Shown here: positions 1-8,143 of the stretch, in pieces | Position numbering within the stretch: position 1 is the first letter of the stretch | Layout: the number at the start of each line of letters is the position of its first letter | DNA from: a virus | Reading direction: 5' to 3' (one strand) | Virus record (IMG/VR): IMGVR_UViG_3300033156_000692 | Length of the DNA stretch: 64,000 bases | Notes under the pieces: model-generated | Told to the model about the DNA's origin: nothing | The model's database searches: none | What the model saw: only the letters and a program-made list of their open reading frames with translations | Position numbers and translations under genes: made by a program

Positions 1-180
1 GGCGAGGGCTCGTTTAAGTTGTGTCCAGCTCGCACTCCAATCCCGCGGTCTAGAAGGCATAGAAGATAGATCGGCTACTAACTCCCGCGCTGCCTCGGCT
101 ACTTTCTCTAGTTTTTCCATTCGGTCCAGTAAATCCTGAATGGCTTCCCTCCTCATTTTGTCCAGCTTTTCACTTTGCAT
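1..180 (-). CDS. hypothetical protein, 3' end truncated by the window edge (N-terminal 60 aa visible)
   Basis: ATG at 180..178 preceded by GGAGG 7 nt upstream on the minus strand; open to the window edge; overlaps the downstream gene by 11 nt. Confidence 0.35.
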   Translation of the reverse strand, partial: MQSEKLDKMRREAIQDLLDRMEKLEKVAEAARELVADLSSMPSRPRDWSASWTQLKRALA

Positions 181-565
181 TGCCCGCCTCCATCACAGCC
201 AGTAAGGCGGCGCGGCAGATGGCTAACAGGAGACTGTTGGGTCCGTACGCCGTAACCCAAGTTCCCGCGCCGTAGGGGCGCAGGATAACCTCCCACAGAA
301 CATTTCTCTCTCCGGTGCGAGGATCAATACTAGTATGAGATGTGATCGATACGTTGTAATCAAAGGTTGCCATGATGCGAAGCAACACCTCCCACGCCGC
401 CTTAATGTCGGTGGAAGGGTGCCAGTTTTCAGCCCAAATCTCCCCTTCTCCATCTTTAAACCATGCATCCCGTAATAAATCATACTCCCACCCCATCACC
501 CGCTCGGCTATGATCCGATCGAGTTGGGGACCGGCTTCCAGCTTCAAGATTTCTTCGCGGGTCAT
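170..565 (-). CDS. phage ABA-sandwich-domain-like protein (paralog 1)
   Basis: Starts MTREEILKLEAGPQLDRIIAERVMGWEY, the conserved N-terminal motif I recognise from phage ABA sandwich domain proteins. The ATG overlaps the helicase stop (TGATG) with GGAGGTG 9 nt upstream. Paralogous to 6915..7373. Confidence 0.5.
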   Translation of the reverse strand: MTREEILKLEAGPQLDRIIAERVMGWEYDLLRDAWFKDGEGEIWAENWHPSTDIKAAWEVLLRIMATFDYNVSITSHTSIDPRTGERNVLWEVILRPYGAGTWVTAYGPNSLLLAICRAALLAVMEAGNAK

Positions 566-1884
566 CAAAATGGCACCTCCTCTACTGTACTTATGTCTTG
601 GATCTCGTAATCCAGTTTCAGCTTGATTTCCCCTAGCGGGCCGTTTCGGTTCTTGATACACCGCAATATCACGTCTACCTTAGAGTCAGCTTCCCATATC
701 TCCCCCTCCTTGTCGGTATCCTTGAGTAGGAACAAGATCCGATCTGCCGCCTGCTCAATGCGGCTGGAATCGCGGATAGATTCGTACCAGGGAGAACTCC
801 CCTCTCTCATCAGGGACATGGCGCGGCGATTGAACTGCCCCAGGCATACCACGGCGATTTCCCCTTTCACGGCGATGTCCTTTAGGGCCTGCATGATGTA
901 TTCGAGCTGCTGGACGCGACTGTCTCCTCCCCTGCGGCAGCCAATCTCCTGCAAGTGGTCGATGTAGATCACTTGGATGCCTAGCTGGTCTATCCATTGC
1001 AACGCCTTGGTATAGATTTCGTGTATTTGTCTTAGACCAAAAGCGAAGTATCCCTTGCCGCTAGATAGCCGCTCCTTTGCCTTCTCCCACGCCTTGTGAT
1101 TCCCCCGGATGCGAAGAAGTTGGCGCCGCGTCATTCGGGACTCGGCCGCCGCCACCCGCAGTCCCAGGGCTTGCGGCCCCATTTCCAGACTGATAAAGCC
1201 CACCCGCAACCCATACTCAAGGACCTGGCGACGAAACAGCGCCAAGGCCACCAGGGTCTTTCCCAGCCCGGGATGTCCAATGATGAAGTGGAGAGATCCT
1301 GGCTCTAGTTTCCCCAGTCTCGCGTCGATTTCCGGTAGCCCGGACGGCACCCCCAGATCATCCCCGTGTGTGCCAATTACCTCCTCGACGCGATCTACAA
1401 GCTCTGGAAGACTCAACGTGGAGCCGCCTATTGGTAAGCCTTTGAGAAACTGCTGGAAATACTTCGTCGCGTCTCCCGCCAGTTCCTCTAAGGGGCGGGA
1501 CACACGGGTGAGCTCCAACAGCTCCAGGGCCACACGCTGCAAGTTTCGGGCCGCCCTTTTCTCCTCCAGTATTTCTATGTATCCCTCTAACAGCTCCAGG
1601 GAGATGGCCTCGTTTTGGTAACCGAGCAGCACGGTAGTGGAACCAACGTCGTTCCATTTGCCCTGGGCCATGAGGATGTCCTGGATGACGGTAGGTGTAG
1701 GAGGCGACTTGCGCCGGTAGGCTTCGACGATTGCCCCCCAAACGGCCCGGGTATCCTTGCGGGTGAAGTGGTCGCCTGTGAGCTGGTGTACCGCCCAGGC
1801 GGCTTCCTCGGGCCATAACATGATGGCTCCGAGCACCGCCCTCTCAACGGAAGGGGCGGCCGGTGTGACTAATCTCTCCGCCAT
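565..1884 (-). CDS. dnaB: DnaB-like replicative DNA helicase
   Basis: DnaB N-terminal domain (VERAVLGAIMLWPEEA...), Walker A GHPGLGKT, C-terminal RecA-like region. Alternative upstream start at 1968. Confidence 0.85.
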   Translation of the reverse strand: MAERLVTPAAPSVERAVLGAIMLWPEEAAWAVHQLTGDHFTRKDTRAVWGAIVEAYRRKSPPTPTVIQDILMAQGKWNDVGSTTVLLGYQNEAISLELLEGYIEILEEKRAARNLQRVALELLELTRVSRPLEELAGDATKYFQQFLKGLPIGGSTLSLPELVDRVEEVIGTHGDDLGVPSGLPEIDARLGKLEPGSLHFIIGHPGLGKTLVALALFRRQVLEYGLRVGFISLEMGPQALGLRVAAAESRMTRRQLLRIRGNHKAWEKAKERLSSGKGYFAFGLRQIHEIYTKALQWIDQLGIQVIYIDHLQEIGCRRGGDSRVQQLEYIMQALKDIAVKGEIAVVCLGQFNRRAMSLMREGSSPWYESIRDSSRIEQAADRILFLLKDTDKEGEIWEADSKVDVILRCIKNRNGPLGEIKLKLDYEIQDISTVEEVPF

Positions 1885-2332
1885 TCTTTCCCCCGTACAA
1901 GAACCTAGACTCTCTCCTTCGCTGTTCCTCCAAATAGGAGATGTAGGCGTCGTGGACCGTCTTCTCATTCAGGCCCAAGCCCTGGGCCAGCGCGGCCCGC
2001 CACTTCTTGAGATCGGTAATAAATCCACGCCCATTTCTCTCGGCATCGCGCTGGTAGGCATAGAGGGCACGAATGGCTTCATCCAAAGTGAAAGTCCCCC
2101 GTCTCATGGCCCATGCCACCCCATCTACCGGATGTATGAACTCGGGCACCGGATCTGACAGTATGGCCACGTAGGTGGCTTGCCCGTCTAGAAGGTAGCG
2201 GCGCACCCACTGGGCTACCCAATCTACCTCGTCAAGACACCCCACAATCACCGGCCGCTTGGGGCGAGGAACAATCACCTGGAACTCATGCCGGCGTTTA
2301 CCAGCCTTCAGCGAGTACAAGCTTGGTCTCAT
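1844..2332 (-). CDS. hypothetical protein (replication-associated position)
   Basis: ORF in the gene train upstream of the helicase; the ORF track extends it to 2410. Confidence 0.4.
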   Translation of the reverse strand: MRPSLYSLKAGKRRHEFQVIVPRPKRPVIVGCLDEVDWVAQWVRRYLLDGQATYVAILSDPVPEFIHPVDGVAWAMRRGTFTLDEAIRALYAYQRDAERNGRGFITDLKKWRAALAQGLGLNEKTVHDAYISYLEEQRRRESRFLYGGKNGGEISHTGRPFR

Positions 2333-2334
2333 GC

Positions 2335-3354
2335 TTAGTTCTCCTTTTTCTTGAGCCCGGCCCGAAGTCGGGCCACCACCTCTCCCATGCAGTTGTCCAT
2401 ATCCCAGCACCTGTTGCAGCGCCGGGGGCGGAACTTCTCCCCCTTGTAGGAGATCTCGCGCCCCACTGTGCCCTTTTGGGAGATGGTCTGTCGGTAGATC
2501 TCATCTTTGGGAATGGGGCAGTCATCGAAGACGGGTTCGATGACCTTGCCGCCGGCGAGGATGCGGGCTTTTCCTGGCGGGGCGTCTCGCTCCATCATGT
2601 CTTCCAGGTACGACAGCCGCAGGGACACGAACTCTTCGGGAGAGAGCTGCCCTAAGTTGGTGTCGAACTTGTAAGGGGCGCCGTTGAGGCATACTTGGCC
2701 ACTGCGCTCATCCAGAATGAACTTGGTGTAGTACGCGTTGTCCCGCCCCCATACGTGCAGCTCCCCGGGCATGTCCAGCACTTTACAGTACATATAAAGC
2801 TGAGCCACCCAGGAGCTCCACGGGCCGCCGTTCATGCGGATGTTGCTGGCGGACCTTCCCCGGGTCTCCTTTACCTCGATGATCACCGGGCGGTCATGCA
2901 TGAGGAGAACTATGTCTACCACCCCGTGGATAGGGCGCTTGATCCCCGGCCACTCAAAATGGAGAGGAAGCTCATGTATGGCGTTTCTGCCGATCTCCAT
3001 GAACTGTCCCTGCCAGATGCCCTCAGCCCGTTCCACGTGGTGTTTGAGGATGGGGTAGTGTTCCAGGGCTTTTTCTATGTCCATGGTGTTTCCGAGCACC
3101 TCGGGGTCGAGATTCGCAAGTCGTCCGTATTCGGCCTCCTCGGCCCCCTTACCCCATTCCATCATGATCACGGTAGCGAGCCCCGGTAGATTGGAGTACG
3201 GCTTCCCGTGGGCTCGGAACCAAATGGTCCGTGGGCAGGAGGCTACATGCCGCACGCTGAAGTGGTCGTTGACCTTACTCTCCCCGGTAAGTGCGGCTTG
3301 GGCCTCGGCCTCCATGATCTCGAAGACATCAACCCTACGCTCTAGCGCCAACAA
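2335..3354 (-). CDS. Cas4/RecB-like PD-(D/E)xK exonuclease with predicted 4Cys iron-sulfur cluster
   Basis: Motifs VVDIVLL...IIEVKET (D..ExK), QLYMY (QxxxY), N-terminal Cys plus C-terminal CNRCWDMDNC (Cx2Cx5C). Confidence 0.7.
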   Translation of the reverse strand: MLALERRVDVFEIMEAEAQAALTGESKVNDHFSVRHVASCPRTIWFRAHGKPYSNLPGLATVIMMEWGKGAEEAEYGRLANLDPEVLGNTMDIEKALEHYPILKHHVERAEGIWQGQFMEIGRNAIHELPLHFEWPGIKRPIHGVVDIVLLMHDRPVIIEVKETRGRSASNIRMNGGPWSSWVAQLYMYCKVLDMPGELHVWGRDNAYYTKFILDERSGQVCLNGAPYKFDTNLGQLSPEEFVSLRLSYLEDMMERDAPPGKARILAGGKVIEPVFDDCPIPKDEIYRQTISQKGTVGREISYKGEKFRPRRCNRCWDMDNCMGEVVARLRAGLKKKEN

Positions 3355-3958
3355 GGATGACCTCCTTTTTCAAGCGGCGCGGCGTCCAAGCGATAATACC
3401 GGATCTGTCATCTGCATTATAGCCCCTGAAATTCATGTACTCAAGGATCGCGTCCAATCTCCCGAATGGAGCGAAGACAGCGCCGCCAAACATCACCGGC
3501 GACCGCTTCGTACGGCCAATCGACAGGAAGGCTGGCCGCAGCTCTTCCGGCAGTGTGCCGGTGATTATCTCAGTTGCCACCCGCATGCAAGCTTGCATGC
3601 GGAACCGTTCCCAGTCCGGTTCCCGGCCGCAGGCGACGAACCCCAGGTAGCGGGTAGGGTCAAACCCCGCGCCCGGAACGGCCACCTGGGCTACGTACTC
3701 CCCCAGGGCCATGCCATCCAGACGCTCTACCGCGCTGGCCAAGCGTAGCATGCCCTCCGGCGGCCTTACTCCCTCTACCACAAAGCCCCCGTCAAGCTTA
3801 ATTCGCAGGTATCCCTGGTATGTTTTGTCTTCCAGTAGGGCGACATACAGCCGCTGCTTGCGGAATATCACGTCGAGTGCTCCAAGCCATGCCCCCCAGT
3901 CGGGGGAGGCCCGGCGCCACAGTTCCAGCGTGCTCATGCTTTCCCTCCTAATACTCAT
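3335..3958 (-). CDS. hypothetical protein (possible recombination partner of the nuclease)
   Basis: ORF overlapping the start of the nuclease gene; contains a 22-bp perfect palindrome at 3580..3601. Confidence 0.4.
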   Translation of the reverse strand: MSIRRESMSTLELWRRASPDWGAWLGALDVIFRKQRLYVALLEDKTYQGYLRIKLDGGFVVEGVRPPEGMLRLASAVERLDGMALGEYVAQVAVPGAGFDPTRYLGFVACGREPDWERFRMQACMRVATEIITGTLPEELRPAFLSIGRTKRSPVMFGGAVFAPFGRLDAILEYMNFRGYNADDRSGIIAWTPRRLKKEVILVGARA

Positions 3959-4331
3959 CGGGGAACATCAGTGTCCATTTGCCTGTTTCGTTCAACACCG
4001 CCCACAGCTCCTTTCCGTCTGGGGCCTGGATGCCGGTCACTAGCCACTCATCTTCCTTTTCCTTTAGCGCGGCCCTGACGCAGGCCGCAGCGGCGTCAAT
4101 GACTTCCCGGAGCTGGGTCACGTCGATGACCGTGGGGGCAGGTGGTCCCTTGCCAAGCCGACGAGCATATTGATTCCAGACACCTATAGTAACATGGCTA
4201 ATGAGGGAATCCCCCCACTGATTGCGAATTGCCAATCCATCCCTCTCGGCGTCTGCTAGCGTGTAGCGGAATATCACGTCGTCTTTGCGGAACAACTCCT
4301 CGCTCATTTCTCCTCCCACTTCCCATTCCAA
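3948..4331 (-). CDS. hypothetical protein
   Basis: ORF in the compact minus-strand gene train. Confidence 0.35.
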   Translation of the reverse strand: MEWEVGGEMSEELFRKDDVIFRYTLADAERDGLAIRNQWGDSLISHVTIGVWNQYARRLGKGPPAPTVIDVTQLREVIDAAAACVRAALKEKEDEWLVTGIQAPDGKELWAVLNETGKWTLMFPDEY

Positions 4332-4612
4332 AGGAATCTATACACCTCTGGGGCCTTTAGATAGTCCAGTCTGTCCCTTACGAACAGGCCGGCCATAAAA
4401 CCCAGCCCAACTGCTGCCCACGTTCTCAAGGCGCATACACGGAGATGGATATATAAAAAACTCAAGGCGGCCGTACAGATAGCAGCAACGAACTCGGTGG
4501 CAAGTATCCACCGCCGTGCCCGTAGGTTCACCGTGATCCGCTGAAGATGCACTCTCCCTCCTTTTGGGACTGGGATTTGGCATCTTGCAAGCCACGGACA
4601 TATCCCCGACAA
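4304..4612 (-). CDS. small membrane protein
   Basis: Hydrophobic helices (ILATEFVAAICTAALSFLYI / AAVGLGFMAGLFV). Confidence 0.3.
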   Translation of the reverse strand: MSGICPWLARCQIPVPKGGRVHLQRITVNLRARRWILATEFVAAICTAALSFLYIHLRVCALRTWAAVGLGFMAGLFVRDRLDYLKAPEVYRFLWNGKWEEK

Positions 4613-4732
4613 AATGCGGCGGCCTCTTTCAATGTATTATACCTTTCTACCCAATCATTGTGCTTTATCTTCACCTCCTTTCTTGAGCTGGTAGTTCGTA
4701 TCTGCACGGACAGCCCGCCCAAATCGGCGAGC

Positions 4733-4981
4733 CTAGCTAACCTCTCCCTCGTTACGGTCCTCATAGTCTCCTCCTAAGAAGACGAGTGGAGTGAACACAC
4801 CCAGCCAGGGCGCCAGAAGCCAGCCCACGACCCGAAAATGCCCCCTTTTACTGGCCACCTGCCCCATCAAGGCACTCCACAGTACTAACCACGTCCCGGC
4901 CATACCGCACCCCCAACCCCCAACCGGGCCGTGCTGTAGCGCTCCCCTAAGTCCAGCTCCTCCTCTTTCCACCCCTTCCAT
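4733..4981 (-). CDS. small membrane protein
   Basis: Hydrophobic segments WLVLWSALMG / WLLAPWLGVFTPLVFLGG. Confidence 0.25.
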   Translation of the reverse strand: MEGVERGGAGLRGALQHGPVGGWGCGMAGTWLVLWSALMGQVASKRGHFRVVGWLLAPWLGVFTPLVFLGGDYEDRNEGEVS

Positions 4982-5044
4982 TCATCTTCCTCTCGCTCCT
5001 CATGTCTCAGGAAATCCAGCAGCTCATCCTCGGCGATGGCCTCC

Positions 5045-5515
5045 TCAACTAGTTGTGGTAGCCCCCTTGGCATAACTCACCTCCTGCAAGGCCAGCCCCA
5101 GCAGCTCCAGCACGGGGGCGAAGAAGTCGAGCTGAATCAGCATCCGGCGGACGGCATCCAGCTCTTCCAGCGCTCGACTGTGGGCTTCCTCTATGTACGT
5201 TTCCCACTCGTCTGGAGAGAGCTCCCACCGCCTCCATTCCTCGGGCGGAGTCCAAGTGGCTGTTATGGCCACGTAGCCCATGGTGGGAGTCAGCCTTAGA
5301 TCGCGCCCCACCCTCAAGGTCTTCATGTCTACCATGCTGGCGACGAACTGCTCCAGGGCGTTACGCCCCTGGCCGTCCTTCGGGACGAGCCTGGTTAGCC
5401 GCTGGAGTACCCGATAGGCAGACGGCGCCAGATACAACGCGTCGCTAACCTCCAACTTGCCTCTACTGCTGGTGTTGACAGTCATTTTCTCCTCCTTTCT
5501 GCCCATGAAAATCAT
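5045..5515 (-). CDS. hypothetical protein
   Basis: ORF; stop overlaps the next start. Confidence 0.4.
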   Translation of the reverse strand: MIFMGRKEEKMTVNTSSRGKLEVSDALYLAPSAYRVLQRLTRLVPKDGQGRNALEQFVASMVDMKTLRVGRDLRLTPTMGYVAITATWTPPEEWRRWELSPDEWETYIEEAHSRALEELDAVRRMLIQLDFFAPVLELLGLALQEVSYAKGATTTS

Positions 5516-5856
5516 GTGCCAAATATGTCACAGAGGGTCGCTCCTACAGCCACTGCCTGTTTGAGCCTCTCGGTCCAACTCGCTATCACGTAGGTGGCAA
5601 AGGCCTTCTCCTCCAGCGTGAGGTAACGGTGCTCCCAGACGTTAGCCAGGAGCTCTCCTGGGCGGCTACATGTCTCGCTCCATGAGGCCAACATGCTTTT
5701 AACGCGCCTTGCCTGGGGTTTGGAAAGACCAAAACAGCCAGCTATGTACTCGGCGCTTTGATTGATGGCGAGCCTAGGGCTCTCAGGCGACTGCGGCATC
5801 GAGGACCTCTTCCAGGATTTCCTCTGCCGCCTTTTCATCATACTTCCGAATGGCAT
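5512..5856 (-). CDS. hypothetical protein
   Basis: ORF in an overlapping gene train. Confidence 0.4.
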   Translation of the reverse strand: MPFGSMMKRRQRKSWKRSSMPQSPESPRLAINQSAEYIAGCFGLSKPQARRVKSMLASWSETCSRPGELLANVWEHRYLTLEEKAFATYVIASWTERLKQAVAVGATLCDIFGT

Positions 5857-5887
5857 CTAACACCCCCTTTACTGGGTTCTTCCACTT

Positions 5888-6160
5888 TCACGCAACTACT
5901 TCCACCTCTAGCCAATTCCGCGACCAAGGACACGACACCATGCGCCCGGTCGCATCCTGCACCAATCCGATGAGGGTTCTCCCGTTCTTACAGAAAGTGG
6001 CCTTGAGGACGCCTTCTACCACATGACCGGCAGGCTTTCCGCCCCAAGGGCGCTTCCAACGGGCGCGAACCCGGTGACCCACCCACGGGTTCTGGCGGTG
6101 GCGGTCGCCGATCATCCAAATCGACCGGTCGATTTCTAGCGCCCGCTTAGCAAGTGACAT
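5888..6160 (-). CDS. hypothetical protein
   Basis: ORF. Confidence 0.35.
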   Translation of the reverse strand: MSLAKRALEIDRSIWMIGDRHRQNPWVGHRVRARWKRPWGGKPAGHVVEGVLKATFCKNGRTLIGLVQDATGRMVSCPWSRNWLEVEVVA

Positions 6161-6163
6161 CGT

Positions 6164-6754
6164 TCACCTCCTTTTGTGCGCCGCCAGGGCAGCGCGAATG
6201 GGCGGGCAAAACTGCTTCCCGTAGCGCAGGAGCCAGGCTAGAGCTTGGTAGGGGCTGTCGTATAGTGGCGAGCTAATCGAGGGGCGCTGTTTATCGCACA
6301 AGAAGATATGTATATGAGGAATCCGCGTAAGGTCCCAGCGGGTAGCGTCCGTATACATATAGGCTTGGTACTTGATGGTGCCTCGCGACTTTAACGCCTT
6401 TTCCCATTTGCGCTCGGGCGATCCCCAAACTGAATCGTCGGGCGGAAGGAACCTCGTCGCCCCCAAATTAAAGTGATATTTTCCGTCATGGCAGGCCCCA
6501 CCGCTGAGTCCATCAGAGTTGCAGCGCAATTCGAAATCCAGAGTGGGGAAAAGTGCAGCTAGCAGCTTTCCGCACCGGTTAACGGCAGCAGTAATCTGGG
6601 GATCGCGGCCGTACCCACTTGCATACACCACGGGCAACATGCCCACCTGTCCAACTTTGCCCCTGCAAACTGTTACCGCCATGTGTTCCTCCTTTCGGGG
6701 GATTTCGCCCGATTCGTCAATTAACCTTCTTGCCACGGTTCTCAATCGCAGCAC
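6164..6754 (-). CDS. hypothetical protein
   Basis: ORF; no family recognised confidently. Confidence 0.4.
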   Translation of the reverse strand: MLRLRTVARRLIDESGEIPRKEEHMAVTVCRGKVGQVGMLPVVYASGYGRDPQITAAVNRCGKLLAALFPTLDFELRCNSDGLSGGACHDGKYHFNLGATRFLPPDDSVWGSPERKWEKALKSRGTIKYQAYMYTDATRWDLTRIPHIHIFLCDKQRPSISSPLYDSPYQALAWLLRYGKQFCPPIRAALAAHKRR

Positions 6755-6858
6755 ACATACCCCAGTTGTTCTGCTCCTTCCCTCTAACTAGAGGCATAGG
6801 ATCACTCCCCGATGATTAATCCCAAGAACAGGCCGACAACTAACCCCAAAAGCAGGCC

Positions 6859-6884
6859 CAAAATAAAAGCCCCCGTGCGGGGGC
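6859..6884 (-). terminator. intrinsic terminator after ABA paralog 2 (GC hairpin GCCCCC-GTGC-GGGGGC followed by TTTTATTTT on minus strand)
   Basis: 6-bp GC-only stem 6869..6884 with the plus-strand A-run 6860..6868 (T-run on the minus strand), 30 nt after the stop of 6915..7373. Confidence 0.55.
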
Positions 6885-6914
6885 GAACGTGCATGTACCC
6901 GTAGCCTCCCCACC

Positions 6915-7373
6915 TCACTTTCCCTCCTCTCCCCTTGCTATAGTCAGCAGGGCGGCCCTACAGACAGCAGCGGAGAACGTCTTCTCTTCAACGTCCGCCA
7001 CTATCTTCTCGTCGCCATCCCAAACAAATACCACCCACTTCCGGCATTTCTCCCAGGGGCGTGGGGACATGATGTCCAATGTAAAACCGCGTGCTATAAG
7101 GTCGTTTATCACATCATGGGCGGCCAGTACCTCAGTGGATGGCTCCCAATAATCGCCCTCAAGCCCGGTATTAATGTCGTACTTCCGAAGTCCAAACCGA
7201 GTTATCTTGAAGTCCGTCCCCTCTTCCCAGCCCATTACACGTTCGGCAACCTGGCGGTCAAACTCCGGGCCGGGTTCCAGTCGCATGATTTCCAGTAGTT
7301 CTTTGCCAAGCATTTTCACCCCCTCGTTAGGAGTAAAAAGAGGCCCACCGGGGCAAGCCAGGGTGATGTACAA
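6915..7373 (-). CDS. phage ABA-sandwich-domain-like protein (paralog 2)
   Basis: Shares motifs with 170..565: RQVAERVMGWEE, WEPSTEVLAAHDVI, AVCRAALLTIARGEEGK versus RIIAERVMGWEY, WHPSTDIKAAWEVL, AICRAALLAVMEAGNAK. Confidence 0.5.
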   Translation of the reverse strand: MYITLACPGGPLFTPNEGVKMLGKELLEIMRLEPGPEFDRQVAERVMGWEEGTDFKITRFGLRKYDINTGLEGDYWEPSTEVLAAHDVINDLIARGFTLDIMSPRPWEKCRKWVVFVWDGDEKIVADVEEKTFSAAVCRAALLTIARGEEGK

Positions 7374-7452
7374 GGAGCATCCGAAGGGAGGTGGTCCGCC
7401 CCGGTGGGCCTTCGCGCTGCGGGAAGCAGGCTCCCGCTAAACGGCAAGAAAG

Positions 7453-7743
7453 TTAAGCATGGCACCCAATCAGCACCACGCCACCTGGGACAACGTATTT
7501 ATTCACATGGGACACACCGAAATGACCGACATCAAGGAAGGGAATCCACCCTTCTGTCCTATCCCAGATCCACTGGGGGACGAACGCCAGCCAATCCTCG
7601 TCGCCCCCGTTGTCGGAAAGCCGCTTGAATTCCTCGGGAGCATCACGGAAAGGCCAGATACGAATTGGCTCTCCCCACATCTCCCTCTGCAAGCCCTCGG
7701 CGGTGTCAGCCGCCTTCCTTAGCAAATCTGCCAAACTTTCCAT
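7453..7743 (-). CDS. hypothetical protein
   Basis: Internal ATG with AAGGAGGGGG RBS; the ORF track extends it to 7938. Confidence 0.4.
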   Translation of the reverse strand: MESLADLLRKAADTAEGLQREMWGEPIRIWPFRDAPEEFKRLSDNGGDEDWLAFVPQWIWDRTEGWIPFLDVGHFGVSHVNKYVVPGGVVLIGCHA

Positions 7744-7801
7744 AGTCCCCCTCCTTACCCATGGAAGTATCTTGCCAAATGTGGCAACTAACTGTAATGG
7801 C

Positions 7802-8107
7802 TCACTGGTTGCCGAAGTACCGCCGCCGCAGCTCCTCGCGTAGTTCGGCACAGGCGGCATTGAAGGCAGCATTATGGGAAAGCTCTTTGGTTTTGACGTG
7901 GGCCAGTTCGTGGGCCACAATATCCAGCACGTCGTCAATCTCCTTCGAATATGCCATATTTAGCACGATGTAAACGGTGTCTCGCTCGATTTCCACCACG
8001 CCCTTTAAGTGGGGAGGGACCGCGGTGGACAAGTACAACTCCACGCGCTTGTTCACCAGCTCCTCTGCGATTCTCCTAATCCTTAGCCATTTTACTTCTA
8101 CCATCAC
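7802..8107 (-). CDS. DUF45/WLM-like zinc metallopeptidase (HExxH)
   Basis: VAHELAHVKTKELSHNAAF matches the YgjP/DUF45 signature HELxH..(N/S)HSxxF. Confidence 0.5.
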   Translation of the reverse strand: MMVEVKWLRIRRIAEELVNKRVELYLSTAVPPHLKGVVEIERDTVYIVLNMAYSKEIDDVLDIVAHELAHVKTKELSHNAAFNAACAELREELRRRYFGNQ

Positions 8108-8143
8108 TACCTCCTTCGAACATCACGGTCCCCCGAACAAACT

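Noticed and set aside
6164-6754. Tentative assignment of ORF 6164..6754 as an M15-type peptidase/endolysin
   Set aside because: The SGY...GGACHDGKYH stretch does not match the SxHxxGxAxD/ExxH signature closely enough. Left as hypothetical. No convincing endolysin was found in the window.
6801-6893. 30-aa hydrophobic minus-strand mini-ORF (MHVRPRTGAFILGLLLGLVVGLFLGLIIGE) with an upstream GGAGG-like sequence
   Set aside because: Its codons run straight through the GC hairpin plus T-run that is better explained as the intrinsic terminator of gene 6915..7373. A terminator is more parsimonious than a coding sequence.
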